From an uncultured SAR86 cluster bacterium (GTDB lineage: Bacteria; Pseudomonadota; Gammaproteobacteria; Magnimaribacterales; D2472): a stretch of DNA of 64,000 nucleotides. The notes under the pieces were generated by a model. The model saw only the letters and a program-made list of their open reading frames with translations, searched no databases and was not told the origin of the DNA. Shown one piece after another: positions 39,261 to 49,497 of the stretch; the stretch's first letter is position 1; each line of letters starts with the position of its first letter. The stretch lies in contig CABYNW010000002.1 of NCBI GenBank assembly GCA_902520495.1, positions 67,785-131,784 of the forward strand, written 5' to 3'. The translations under genes were made by a program, and so were the position numbers.

Positions 39261-40121
39261 ATGAATTTAATAAAAACTCATTTTTTAATAATATCGTTAC
39301 TTTTTTCATTAAATATTCTTTCTACCGATATCAAGAAAGTTATTTATGCTGCTTGGAACAAGCCTGACGTAGAGTTGCTCTATAAATTACCAAAAGAAAT
39401 AAATAAAGATACTAAGGTATTATTTATTATTCATGGTGCTTCACGAGATGTTAATAAATATCTAGAAGCATGGATCGATGATGCAGAAAATAAAAATATT
39501 ATTTTAGTTGCTCCGCATTTCAAAAAAGATAGTTTCAAATATTACAGTACTTTAGGCTTAGCATCTTCATCTGGAAAAATGACGGATGATTCAAAAACAA
39601 ATTTAAGCAATTCAATAGCGTTATTTTTTAATATTTTTAAGAGCAAATATAGTTTAAGCACTGATAAATATCTTATTTTTGGATTTTCTGGTGGTTCTCA
39701 ATTTGTTCATAGATATATGATGTATGGTAAAGATACTCGCATAGAGAAGGCCGTGCTTGGAAGTGCTGGTTGGTATACATTTTTAAATAATGAACCTTTT
39801 CCATTTGGAATCAAAAATATGCCATTAGATAAAAAGCGTATTGATTGGTTTTTATCTAGAGAAGTTTTATTTATTCTTGGTAAAAGTGACAATGATCCAA
39901 ATCATCCAACATTGAATTCTAATAAAAAAGCAATTGAGCAAGGAGAGCACAGATACGAACGAGGACAAAATTATTTTAATAGCCTCACTCATTATGCCGA
40001 GCAATCAAAAACTCCTTTTAGATGGCGCTATAAATCAGTTGAAGGATTAGATCACAGTACAGAAGAAATGACAGATAAAGCAATTTCATTTTTGATTGAT
40101 GGGCTTGATTATAAGGACTAA
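39261..40121 (+). CDS. Secreted alpha/beta-hydrolase (esterase-like)
   Basis: It has a signal peptide, FIIHGASRD, and the nucleophile elbow GFSGGSQF. Confidence 0.55.
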   Translation: MNLIKTHFLIISLLFSLNILSTDIKKVIYAAWNKPDVELLYKLPKEINKDTKVLFIIHGASRDVNKYLEAWIDDAENKNIILVAPHFKKDSFKYYSTLGLASSSGKMTDDSKTNLSNSIALFFNIFKSKYSLSTDKYLIFGFSGGSQFVHRYMMYGKDTRIEKAVLGSAGWYTFLNNEPFPFGIKNMPLDKKRIDWFLSREVLFILGKSDNDPNHPTLNSNKKAIEQGEHRYERGQNYFNSLTHYAEQSKTPFRWRYKSVEGLDHSTEEMTDKAISFLIDGLDYKD

Positions 40122-41614
40122 AGAGTATTACTTTCTATAAATTCTTCAGCCTTTTGAAATATTAATTTTTTTCTATCCTTATTCATTTTTTCTAAAGACC
40201 TTGTCATAACCGAAAGTCTAGGGTTTGATTCAAAGAATTTAATATTATTGTTAATAAATCTCCAATAAAGACCATCTACAACATCGCACCATTCACCTTT
40301 TTGATAGTTTGACATTCTTAGCATGTAGCTCGACCCACAGATATAGGGTTTTGTTGAAAATATTCCCCCATCAGCATAAGAGCCCATCCCATATACATTC
40401 GGAACCATAACCCAATCATAGGAGTCTATGTACATTTCCATAAACCATTTATACATTTCATTGGGGTTGACTCCGGATAAGTTCATTAAATTTGATATGA
40501 TCATTAGCCTATTAATATGATGTGTATACGAATAATTCCTTGATTCATTAATTGCATTATCAAGAGGAGGGATGCCAGTTGTGCCATCATACCAACTATC
40601 ACTTAACCTTTTTTTATGAGACCAAAAGTTTAGGTTTTTATATTGGGGCATGTTTTCCCAATAGATACCCTTCATAAATTCTCTCCAACCTAATATTTGT
40701 CTAATAAAACCCTCTACAGAATTTATAGGTATATCAGATTTAGAATCATGATATTTCTTTTCTGCCTTTTTTATGCATAAAAGAGGGTCTAGTAAACCTG
40801 AATTCAAATATGGTGATAGAAGAGAATGGAACATAAAAGTATTATCCTTATTTATGGCATCTTGAAATGATCCATAATTCTCAAAATATCTATCAAGAAA
40901 ATCATCTAATAATTTTTCAGCATCTTTATGAGATGTTGCCCAGTTAAAGTTTTCTAGGTTACCTGGAGATTTAGGAAAGCATTCTTCAACATCAATCATG
41001 GTATCAAATGTAGTTTGACTTGGTTTTAATTTTTTTCTTTCAGGTACAGCAACTTTTAACTGAGATATCCCCTTTCTATTGTCTTTATCAAAGTTCCACT
41101 TTGCACCAATAGGTGTACTATCGTCGTTCATAAAAATATTATATTTTTTTCTTAACCACCTATAGTAATACTCCTGAATTCTAGTTTTTTTATCAGATGA
41201 CCAATCTGTAAAATCTGATTCAGATGAAATAAACTTTTTATCCTTAAGCATTTCTAATTCAATATTATTTGATTGACAGAAGAACATAAGGTCTTTGTAG
41301 GTTTTAAAATCAGATGGTTTAGATACTATAATCTTTTTAAAACCCTTTTCCGAACACAATTGCTTAAGGTATGTATTGAGATTTAATTTATAATTTTTAA
41401 CTACTTTTCTATGAATTATATTTTTATGTGATTGATCTTTTATAAATTCTCTAAGAGAGCTAATAAGAAAAACAAGTTTATGTTTATGATGACTTATTTC
41501 ATAAAATGTATCCAAAGGTTCATAAAATAGTATGGTGTCTTCTTTATCAATATTTGAAAGTACATTGCATTTTTTTGATAATTGATCAACAAATATAATT
41601 CTTAAAGTTTTCAT
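40118..41614 (-). CDS. Cryptochrome/photolyase-family protein of the photolyase-related (COG3046, FeS-BCP/(6-4)-like) group
   Basis: It is 498 aa. LRIIFVDQLS, SLLSPYLNSGLL, QILGWREFMKGIYW, HHINRLMIISN and NVYGMGSYADGG are present. Confidence 0.75.
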   Translation of the reverse strand: MKTLRIIFVDQLSKKCNVLSNIDKEDTILFYEPLDTFYEISHHKHKLVFLISSLREFIKDQSHKNIIHRKVVKNYKLNLNTYLKQLCSEKGFKKIIVSKPSDFKTYKDLMFFCQSNNIELEMLKDKKFISSESDFTDWSSDKKTRIQEYYYRWLRKKYNIFMNDDSTPIGAKWNFDKDNRKGISQLKVAVPERKKLKPSQTTFDTMIDVEECFPKSPGNLENFNWATSHKDAEKLLDDFLDRYFENYGSFQDAINKDNTFMFHSLLSPYLNSGLLDPLLCIKKAEKKYHDSKSDIPINSVEGFIRQILGWREFMKGIYWENMPQYKNLNFWSHKKRLSDSWYDGTTGIPPLDNAINESRNYSYTHHINRLMIISNLMNLSGVNPNEMYKWFMEMYIDSYDWVMVPNVYGMGSYADGGIFSTKPYICGSSYMLRMSNYQKGEWCDVVDGLYWRFINNNIKFFESNPRLSVMTRSLEKMNKDRKKLIFQKAEEFIESNTL

Positions 41615-41665
41615 TTTTTTAAATTATATTTGATAAAGGTCTTATAATTATAAAATATATTCAAT

Positions 41666-42400
41666 ATGAAAAATTTATATAATTTCTTAGCAAGCATTAT
41701 TATTTTAAGCGGTTGTTCAAATGTATTAGATGATAACTTTGAAGGAAGTACATTAATCTCACCTAAATACACTTTTTCAAACTATCTTATTCAATGTACA
41801 TTAAAAGAAAATGAAAATCTATTAAGCCTTGAGTCTTTTCTTTCCTCACTAATCAAAGATCAATCCTATAAAAATAATAAATTTCTTCTTAGGGCATATT
41901 TCCCCAAATCAGAAAGCGTAAATAAATTCATTTTAAATATCCAAAACAATTCAAATGAAGACATGTATCCATTTTTTATTAATGACATCAGCCTAAAAGG
42001 ATTTGATAAAGTTGCTTCATGTAATTTTAATACAAACGCTATGCAGACAGCCTTGCTTATTGATTCTAACCTAAAAAACACAGAAGCTTTATCATATATA
42101 TCTGAAATTCTAAGTTGTGACTATAACGAAGGTTATAATTATGGAACCTTTAAGATAGCTATAGATAGATTTTCAAATCAAATTTCTTCATTAAAATTAC
42201 CATACCAAGCTTTGTATTTACAAGATGAAATATCTGCCAATAGTTTCGTATGGATTAATAATTTCTATACAGATGATTATTCTAAAGAAATAACTAATTT
42301 ATGGATAAATACTATAGAGGCTAAAGAGATAAAAGATGAGTTTTTGATGAACGCTCAGTGTATTGAATCTAACGTATACAATTCTTTTGCAATCAATTAA
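41666..42400 (+). CDS. Lipoprotein made of two Cys-bracketed modules (same family as 6426 and 22044)
   Basis: The lipobox is LSGC. Module 1 is YLIQCTLKEN...KFILNI...VASCNFN. Module 2 is ILSCDYNEG...SFVWINNF...NAQCIESNVY. Confidence 0.5.
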   Translation: MKNLYNFLASIIILSGCSNVLDDNFEGSTLISPKYTFSNYLIQCTLKENENLLSLESFLSSLIKDQSYKNNKFLLRAYFPKSESVNKFILNIQNNSNEDMYPFFINDISLKGFDKVASCNFNTNAMQTALLIDSNLKNTEALSYISEILSCDYNEGYNYGTFKIAIDRFSNQISSLKLPYQALYLQDEISANSFVWINNFYTDDYSKEITNLWINTIEAKEIKDEFLMNAQCIESNVYNSFAIN

Positions 42401-42428
42401 AAAAAGGAAGCATATTGCTTCCTTTTTT
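42401..42428 (+). terminator. Rho-independent terminator
   Basis: GGAAGCA-tat-TGCTTCC followed by T6. Confidence 0.8.
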
Positions 42429-42447
42429 ATTATAATCTCCCGACTAA

Positions 42448-42523
42448 GCGGGTGTGGTGTTAACGGCTAGCACAATAGCCTTCCAAGCTATTGGTACGGG
42501 TTCGAATCCCGTCACCCGCTCCA
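42448..42523 (+). tRNA. tRNA-Gly (anticodon UCC)
   Basis: It is 76 nt with acceptor stem GCGGGTG/CACCCGC. The anticodon stem ATAGC/GCTAT has loop CTTCCAA. It has a T arm ACGGG-TTCGAAT-CCCGT and ends TCCA. Confidence 0.93.
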
Positions 42524-42591
42524 TTGACTCCTAATAACAGTTCCTTTAATTTATAACATATTTCCTTTTTTTTATAGAATTCTTAAAAAAA

Positions 42592-42617
42592 AAGCAGGCT
42601 ATTTAGCCTGCTTTTAA
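42592..42617. terminator. Bidirectional hairpin terminator between tRNA-Gly and the prepilin peptidase gene
   Basis: A9-AGCAGGCT-attt-AGCCTGCT-TTT. An A-tract lies on one side and a T-tract on the other. Confidence 0.7.
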
Positions 42618-42662
42618 GACCTAGGGGATATGAACTTAAAGAGGATATTCAAAGGTCTACAG

Positions 42663-43517
42663 TTATAAGACTATATAATTATTTAAAAGTTCAAAATTTT
42701 TTATGAAAAAATAGAAAACAGACCCAAGTATCAAACAAGAACCTAATGGAGCTTGCAATTCAAATTTTTTTCTAAAAAACAAAAAAATTATGCATCCGGT
42801 TAATGCTCCAAAAAAAAGAATTAAACCCAGTGAAAATGGGCCAAATAAACTTCCCAAACCACCAAACAATATAAAATCACCTCCACCTATCCCATCTTTC
42901 TTGTAAAACAGTCTAAAGATAAAATTTACTAACCATAATGAAACATAGCCGATTACAAATCCATATAAAGAAAATAGAAATGGAGATATATCAAATAACA
43001 AATAGACATCATTAACAAAGATGTTAAAAAACGAATTACCTATAAATCCTAAGACAATTACGAGAAGATTAATTGGCAACGGAAGATAGTAAAATTTAAG
43101 ATCTAAAAAAAATAAGATATAAAATAAAAAAAATAAGAATAAAAGCAAAAAAGAAAAAATATCAAAGCCATAGAAAAAGACAATTGCTAGTCCAAACACT
43201 AAAAAAGATATTTCAGTAAATAAATAAAAGGGCGAAATATTATTTTTACATGAAGAGCATTTTCCTTTTTGAAGTAAAAATCCAAATACAGGCAATAAAT
43301 TTATTACTTTTATTGTTTTATTACATATTGGACAGAATGATCTTGGTGAATAAATAGATAATCTTTTATTGTTATTTATTAAATTAGATGAAAGTCTGAA
43401 GATTATTGAAGATGCAAAACTTCCAATACTCAACAAAAATAATGAATATAATATTAATTCTATATATGAGAAAGAATCAAAGCTATTTAAATGATTAAAA
43501 TTGAATATATTTACCAA
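42663..43517 (-). CDS. pilD: Prepilin peptidase / N-methyltransferase (A24 family, GspO/PilD)
   Basis: It has the Zn-finger-like CPICNKTI...CSSCKNNISPFY. It is polytopic and has GGGDFILFGGLG (GxGDxK-type aspartyl motif). Confidence 0.85.
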   Translation of the reverse strand: MVNIFNFNHLNSFDSFSYIELILYSLFLLSIGSFASSIIFRLSSNLINNNKRLSIYSPRSFCPICNKTIKVINLLPVFGFLLQKGKCSSCKNNISPFYLFTEISFLVFGLAIVFFYGFDIFSFLLLFLFFLFYILFFLDLKFYYLPLPINLLVIVLGFIGNSFFNIFVNDVYLLFDISPFLFSLYGFVIGYVSLWLVNFIFRLFYKKDGIGGGDFILFGGLGSLFGPFSLGLILFFGALTGCIIFLFFRKKFELQAPLGSCLILGSVFYFFIKNFELLNNYIVL

Positions 43518-43597
43518 TTTATTTTTTTCGAGTTATATAAAAACAAATGGTTAGTAGAATTAAAACCGGTAAAGCATAAAAACCTATAACAATTAAT

Positions 43598-45355
43598 TTA
43601 TCTATCATGTATATTGCCTGAGGCTAAAGCATCTGGTCTCCTGAAGTCACCATACCCAGTGTATTTTCCATCCTCATACATTATAGTTTGAATGCATGTT
43701 AATGGATCTTTTATCTCAATAAGGTATCCCATTGACTCAAGCTCACTTTTAACCTTTTCATTTACTGAAAGTTCAATTTCTAGAATATCTGGTTGCCATT
43801 GATGATGTATTCTCTTTGCAAATGTTGCTTTTTCTAAGTTCATATCAAAATCTACTATATTTAAAATTGATTGAAGAACCGCAGAGATTATCCTTGAACC
43901 TCCAGGGCTGCCTGTCGTGAAGAATAACTCATCTTCCTTCATTACAATAGTTGGAGTCATTGAGCTTAAGGGCCTCTTCATAGGTACAATTTCATTAGCC
44001 TCAGCACCAAGTAATCCAAATTGGTTTGGTATACCAGGAGCCGCTGAAAAGTCATCCATCTCATTATTCATCAAGATTCCTGTTCCCCTAATAACCACTC
44101 CAGAACCAAAAGTAGAATTCAGAGTATAGGTTGATGAGACTATATTTCCCTTAATATCAGCAACAGAGAAATGGGTTGTTTCGTGACTTTCATTATTTAG
44201 ATACATTCCAGGGTGGATATCAGAAGATGATTTACTCATCCCTAAATTTATTTCTTTAAAAATTTGATTTGCATATTGATTGCTAGTTATTTTTTTCACT
44301 GGGACATCATAAAAATCCGGATCCCCGAGATATTTAGATCTATCTGCATAAGCATACTTCATTACTTCACTAAGAAGATTTATATAATCTGATGAATTAT
44401 GCTCAAATTCACTTAAATTATATTTTTCCAAAATATTAAGCATTTGAATTATATGAACACCTCCAGAAGAGGGCGGAGGCATTGTTATTATTTGGTTACT
44501 TCTATAAGAAGAAACTAATGGCTCTCTCCATACAGGGTTGTAATTTTTTAAATCATTAATAGTAATTAACCCACCATTTGCCCTCATATCCTCAGAAATT
44601 TTCTTTGCTATATCGCCTTTATAAAAACCATCTTTGCCTTTTAAAGATATTATTCTCAAAGTTTTAGCTAAGTCTTTTTGAAGAAATTTTTTATTTCTAA
44701 AGTCTGGGAAATCTGCTTGAAATATTTTCTTTGTTTCTGGAAAAAATGACATCTTTTCATTGTAGTTATATAAGACATCTGCCATATATGAAGAAATATT
44801 AAATCCATTTTCTGCATAAAAAATTGCATCTTCAAGAAGATCATTCCAGGGCAGAGATCCAAATTTTTGGTGAACTTCCCAAAGGCCTGCAACAGTTCCC
44901 GGAACACCACTTGATAGATATCCAAAAGTTGAAAGATTTTGGTTATTAAAAGAACCATCTTCATTAAGATACATATCTCTAAATGATTTTTCTGGAGCCT
45001 TTTCTCTATAGTCAATAGAATACGCTTTTGAGGTATCTTTATCATACATAACCATAAAGCCTCCACCTCCAATATTTCCTGCTCTTGGTAATACAACCGC
45101 TAGAGTAAATGCGATAGCAATAGATGCATCGTAAGCATTGCCTCCTTTATTGAGAATTTTTTCACCAACAGACGTTGCCAAGAAATGTTGAGTAGTAACC
45201 ATTCCATTATCGCCATATGCCATTTCTTTTTGAGCAGGCTTATATCCAAGAGTATTTAGATAAGCTATAGGTTCAGACGAAGAAAGACTTAAAGTTATAA
45301 AAAGGAGACAACTAAAGTATAAATTTTTATTAATTATAGCTTTCGATTGCAACAT
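43598..45355 (-). CDS. ggt: Gamma-glutamyltranspeptidase
   Basis: It has a signal peptide, GGNAYDA, GGGGFM, an autoprocessing site ETTHFSVAD and a PGGSRI motif. The start is set at the ATG at 45355 and overlaps the upstream gene by 26 nt. Confidence 0.9.
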   Translation of the reverse strand: MLQSKAIINKNLYFSCLLFITLSLSSSEPIAYLNTLGYKPAQKEMAYGDNGMVTTQHFLATSVGEKILNKGGNAYDASIAIAFTLAVVLPRAGNIGGGGFMVMYDKDTSKAYSIDYREKAPEKSFRDMYLNEDGSFNNQNLSTFGYLSSGVPGTVAGLWEVHQKFGSLPWNDLLEDAIFYAENGFNISSYMADVLYNYNEKMSFFPETKKIFQADFPDFRNKKFLQKDLAKTLRIISLKGKDGFYKGDIAKKISEDMRANGGLITINDLKNYNPVWREPLVSSYRSNQIITMPPPSSGGVHIIQMLNILEKYNLSEFEHNSSDYINLLSEVMKYAYADRSKYLGDPDFYDVPVKKITSNQYANQIFKEINLGMSKSSSDIHPGMYLNNESHETTHFSVADIKGNIVSSTYTLNSTFGSGVVIRGTGILMNNEMDDFSAAPGIPNQFGLLGAEANEIVPMKRPLSSMTPTIVMKEDELFFTTGSPGGSRIISAVLQSILNIVDFDMNLEKATFAKRIHHQWQPDILEIELSVNEKVKSELESMGYLIEIKDPLTCIQTIMYEDGKYTGYGDFRRPDALASGNIHDR

Positions 45356-46949
45356 TTTTTGCCCATTTGTAATTTGCCTTACCATTTGGTGCCCGTTGAA
45401 CCTCATCAACAAATATTACTTTTTTTGGAAGTTTATAGCCTGCAATGAATTTTCTGGTTGATTCAACTAAATCAGCTTCATTTACTTTTTCATTTTTTTC
45501 GATTGATACCACAGCAACTACCTTCTGCCCAAATTTTTCATCTTCAACACCTACTACTAGACAATCAAAGACTTCTTCATTTCTTTTGATTGCTTCTTCC
45601 ACTTCCTCAGGATAAATTTTTTCTCCTGCAGAATTTATACAATTACTTCCTCGACCAAGAAGAGTAATAGTTCCATCTTGCTCCAATTTTGCATAATCTC
45701 CTGGAAAGCTATAACGAATTCCATTAACCTCTTTAAAGGTTTCTGCAGATTTTTTTTCATCTTTAAAATATCCAACAGGAACAAGTCCACTTGTTCCAAT
45801 CAGACCAACTTTCTCAGATCCTGGCTCTAAAATTTCACCATCATCAGCGATTACAACAACACCGGGATTAAGTGAAAATTTTGCTGTTTTGGGCGGATTA
45901 TCTCTTGTTGAAACCGAACTGCCCATACCTCCTTCAGTAGAACCCATCGTATCCATTAGTTGCATATCATGATGCTTCAATAAACCGTTTTTAACTTCTT
46001 CACTCCACATGACACCGCTAGAAATAATTACTTTAACAGAGCTCAAATCATATGGTTTTCCCATATCATTTGCTCTATCGAGGGCATCTAACATAGGTTT
46101 TGCAAAGGCATCGCCAACAATAACTATATTTGTAGTTTTAGTATCTTCTACTTGAGTCCATAATTGATCTGCATCAAAACCAAGATTTTTTGAAGTAATT
46201 GCTGTTCCTCCAAGTAACAAAGGTAAAAATGCACCTAACCACATACCAGTTCCATGCATTAAAGGACAGCCAACAAGGCTCTTTATAAAAGTATTATCCA
46301 TATTAAAATTATGAATTTGTTCTTCTAAATTATTAATATCCTCTGGTACGTCATAGCCCATTGCTTTTAATGTCCTAAAAAGAAATACAAGAAATTCACC
46401 TTGTTTATACATAACACCTTTTGGCATACCAGTAGTTCCTCCGGTATAAAGCATATAGATTGTATTAGGATCTCTATGAATTCTTTCCATTGGCTCACAG
46501 GTCTCTAATAATTCTTCATATTTGATTGCATCATCAAAATGAGATTCTGTTCCATCAGCAACTTCAATCCAGGCCTTAATATTTGGCAATGAATCTGCTA
46601 TTTCTTTAATTCTTGAGCTGTAACACGCATGATAAAAGACAGCCTCTGAATCTGAATTATCTAAAAGATATATTAATTCCTCAGCTACATAACGATAATT
46701 TACATTTATTGGAACACCACCAATTTTAAAAATAGCATTTTGTCCAATTAAGTACTCATTTGAATTATTAAGATAGAGACCAGCTTTTGAATTAGCTGAT
46801 AATCCAGAGTTAGTTAATGCAGTTGCAATCTTGCTAGATTGTAAATCATAGTCCTTCCATGAAATAACTTCGTCACCGCTTATTAAAGCATCATTTTCTG
46901 GAACAATATCTGAGATCATTTCCCATACAGAAGCAAAATCTAAATTCAT
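45330..46949 (-). CDS. AMP-dependent acyl-CoA synthetase/ligase
   Basis: YTGGTTGMPKGV (AMP-binding motif I), GSTEGG and GDYAKLEQDGTITLLGR are present. Confidence 0.85.
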   Translation of the reverse strand: MNLDFASVWEMISDIVPENDALISGDEVISWKDYDLQSSKIATALTNSGLSANSKAGLYLNNSNEYLIGQNAIFKIGGVPINVNYRYVAEELIYLLDNSDSEAVFYHACYSSRIKEIADSLPNIKAWIEVADGTESHFDDAIKYEELLETCEPMERIHRDPNTIYMLYTGGTTGMPKGVMYKQGEFLVFLFRTLKAMGYDVPEDINNLEEQIHNFNMDNTFIKSLVGCPLMHGTGMWLGAFLPLLLGGTAITSKNLGFDADQLWTQVEDTKTTNIVIVGDAFAKPMLDALDRANDMGKPYDLSSVKVIISSGVMWSEEVKNGLLKHHDMQLMDTMGSTEGGMGSSVSTRDNPPKTAKFSLNPGVVVIADDGEILEPGSEKVGLIGTSGLVPVGYFKDEKKSAETFKEVNGIRYSFPGDYAKLEQDGTITLLGRGSNCINSAGEKIYPEEVEEAIKRNEEVFDCLVVGVEDEKFGQKVVAVVSIEKNEKVNEADLVESTRKFIAGYKLPKKVIFVDEVQRAPNGKANYKWAKNVAIESYN

Positions 46950-47049
46950 TTCTTTCTCCTTATAACCTTATAGCTTTAATAAGCTATACCCAATAATTAT
47001 AGTATCGTTATAATAATTATTATAAAAGGAAAAATATCTTTTAAAACAT

Positions 47050-48732
47050 ATGCAAGATCCAGAATTATTATTTGAGCAAATAGTCGGTGAATTAACTTCA
47101 CCTGGTCAATTATTTGAAACAAGAGATTATAAAGATTCTTATGGAATTACTCATAAGGAGTATGCTTCTTTTCCAGAAAATCTTAGAGGGTATTTTGATT
47201 TTGGAGCACTTCATGGTGAAAAAGAATTTTTAGTATATGAATCAGAGCGTTTTCTTTTTAAAGAAGTCATAGCTAAAGCAGCTCAGGTCGGAAATGCTTT
47301 GCAAGCAGCGGGAATATCAAAGGGAGATCGAGTCGCTATATGCATGCAAAATAATCCAGAATTTATTTTTGCATATATGGGCATTGTTGGGATAGGAGCT
47401 GTTTGTGTTCCATTAAACTCATGGTGGGTTCCTGATGAAGTCATATATGCGCTTGAGCATTGCGAAGCTAAACTATTATTTGGTGATCAAAAGAGACTGC
47501 AGGGACTTCAGAACCTTGATGTAAAAAAAATTATTACCAGCTATACACCAGATGATAATTTCTTATCTTTTACTGATTTCATAAAAGATCATTCAAGTGA
47601 GTGGCCTAATATTGAAGTTACTCGTGACGATCATGCAACCATTTATTACACATCAGGTTCTACTGGCAAGCCAAAAGGAGTTTTATCTTCTCAAAGGGGT
47701 GTTATTTCATCTATGTTTAGTTGGGCCTGTATTTCAACAATTTTAAGTGAGAGAGAAGCTAGAATGGGTAAAGATTCGACTCCATTGGCAAGCTCTGAGT
47801 CTTGCATTCTTTTGTGTGTTCCACTATTCCATGCTACTGGAAGCCATGTTGCATTTTTAATGTCTATATTAGTAGGTAGAAAGGTTGTGATGATGAAAAA
47901 ATGGGATGCTGGTGAAGCTATAAAGCTTATCCATGATGAAAAAATATCAGATATTACAGGAGTTCCTACGCAAACATGGGAATTATTAAACCATCCCGAT
48001 AAAGATAAATATGACTTATCATCACTAAAGACTCTTGGCGGAGGAGGAGGTCCAAGACCAGCTGAACATGTCAAATTATTAGATGAGAATTTTCAAGGCA
48101 GACCAGGCATTGGATATGGTTTAACAGAAACCAATGCATTGGGTACCTTGGCAAGCGGTGATGAATATATCAATAATCCTTCTACTGCTGGAAGAGTAAT
48201 CCCGCCTCTAACAGACATAAAAATTGTTGATAATGACTGGAAAGAACTAGCAGAAGGTACCATAGGTGAAGTAGTAATTAGATCGCAGTCTAATATGTTG
48301 GGCTATTGGAAAAATGACGAAGCAACAAATGATTGTATGAACAAAGAGGGATGGTTTAGGTCTGGTGACATGGGTAAATTTGAAGGCCCATTTCTGTTTA
48401 TTGTAGATAGAATCAAAGATATGGTGATAAGAGGTGGAGAAAACATAGCATGTCCTGAAGTAGAAAATGCAATATACGAACATCCTGATGTTCTTGAGGC
48501 ATGTGTATTTGGTATTCCAGATGAAAGGCTGGGTGAAAAATTATGCACAGCAATTTATTTAAAAAAAGATTCTAGTTTAAGCAAAGATGAACTGCATAAT
48601 TTTTTAGCAACCAAACTAGCTGCTTTTAAAATACCTGTCATTATTGAATTTTCACCAATAAACCTCCCATTAGTTGCATCTGGAAAGTTTGATAAGCCAG
48701 CTCTTAGAGAGATGTTTATTTCTAAAAAATAA
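47050..48732 (+). CDS. AMP-dependent acyl-CoA synthetase/ligase
   Basis: YTSGSTGKPKGV, GYGLTET, GWFRSGDMG and RIKDMVIRGGENI are present. Confidence 0.85.
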   Translation: MQDPELLFEQIVGELTSPGQLFETRDYKDSYGITHKEYASFPENLRGYFDFGALHGEKEFLVYESERFLFKEVIAKAAQVGNALQAAGISKGDRVAICMQNNPEFIFAYMGIVGIGAVCVPLNSWWVPDEVIYALEHCEAKLLFGDQKRLQGLQNLDVKKIITSYTPDDNFLSFTDFIKDHSSEWPNIEVTRDDHATIYYTSGSTGKPKGVLSSQRGVISSMFSWACISTILSEREARMGKDSTPLASSESCILLCVPLFHATGSHVAFLMSILVGRKVVMMKKWDAGEAIKLIHDEKISDITGVPTQTWELLNHPDKDKYDLSSLKTLGGGGGPRPAEHVKLLDENFQGRPGIGYGLTETNALGTLASGDEYINNPSTAGRVIPPLTDIKIVDNDWKELAEGTIGEVVIRSQSNMLGYWKNDEATNDCMNKEGWFRSGDMGKFEGPFLFIVDRIKDMVIRGGENIACPEVENAIYEHPDVLEACVFGIPDERLGEKLCTAIYLKKDSSLSKDELHNFLATKLAAFKIPVIIEFSPINLPLVASGKFDKPALREMFISKK

Positions 48733-48807
48733 ATTTTTCTTTTTTTTGCTTTCAAAATCATCAAAAAAGAGTAAAAATGTATCTTCATTACTTATTAAAG
48801 AATTGTA

Positions 48808-49494
48808 TTGAATATATTAGTTATTGAAGACGAGCCTGATATCAGAAAAACGCTCGAATATAATATCTCACAAGAGGGACATACAGTTTTAACTGCAGGT
48901 TCACTTCATGATGCTGAAAAAATTTTACAGTCACAATCACTATCACTGGTTCTTTTAGATCTTATGTTGCCAGATGGATCAGGTTTAGATTTTTGTCGAA
49001 AATTAAAAACAAATTCTAAAACTGAATCCATTCCAGTAATAATATTAACTGCAAAAGACGATGAAGTTGATAAGGTTGTTGGATTTGAACTAGGTGCAGA
49101 TGACTATGTAACAAAACCTTTTAGCGTAAGAGAGTTAATTTTAAGAATAAAAGCTGTTTTAAAAAGGGGTGAAGTAAAAAAAGATATTGTTGAAGTTGAA
49201 AGACAATTTGGAGATTTAAAAATAGATATTGATTCCCATGAGGTTTATGTCGATGAAATGCAAATTAATTTAACTGCTTTAGAATTTAAATTATTAAATC
49301 AGCTTGTTGAAACAAGAGGTAGGGTCCAATCAAGAGATCAACTACTTACTGAAGTTTGGGGCTACAGCGCTGAAGTTGCAACTAGAACAGTTGATACTCA
49401 CATAAAGAGATTAAGGACTAAGCTTGGATCTATGGGTAAATATGTTCAAACTATTAGAGGCGTAGGCTACAAATTCTCAAGAATTCCTGATTAG
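48808..49494 (+). CDS. phoB: OmpR/PhoB-family response regulator, most similar to PhoB
   Basis: ILVIEDEPDIR, LLDLMLPDGSGLDF, IPVIILTAKDDEVDKV.G.ELGADDYVTKPFS..EL..RIKAVLKR and TVDTHIKRLRTKL...VQTIRGVGYKF track E. coli PhoB closely (recalled). The start codon is TTG. Confidence 0.7.
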   Translation: MNILVIEDEPDIRKTLEYNISQEGHTVLTAGSLHDAEKILQSQSLSLVLLDLMLPDGSGLDFCRKLKTNSKTESIPVIILTAKDDEVDKVVGFELGADDYVTKPFSVRELILRIKAVLKRGEVKKDIVEVERQFGDLKIDIDSHEVYVDEMQINLTALEFKLLNQLVETRGRVQSRDQLLTEVWGYSAEVATRTVDTHIKRLRTKLGSMGKYVQTIRGVGYKFSRIPD

Positions 49495-49497
49495 ATT

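Noticed and set aside
44668-45096. A 142-aa ORF inside ggt, and similar internal or antisense ORFs: 14416-14766, 47691-48074, 52340-52756, 54818-55111 and 62952-63287.
   Set aside because: Each is embedded in a confidently identified gene (TBDR, acyl-CoA ligase, GspD, GspF, ggt, pit). Their low-complexity or odd composition is typical of alternate-frame artefacts.
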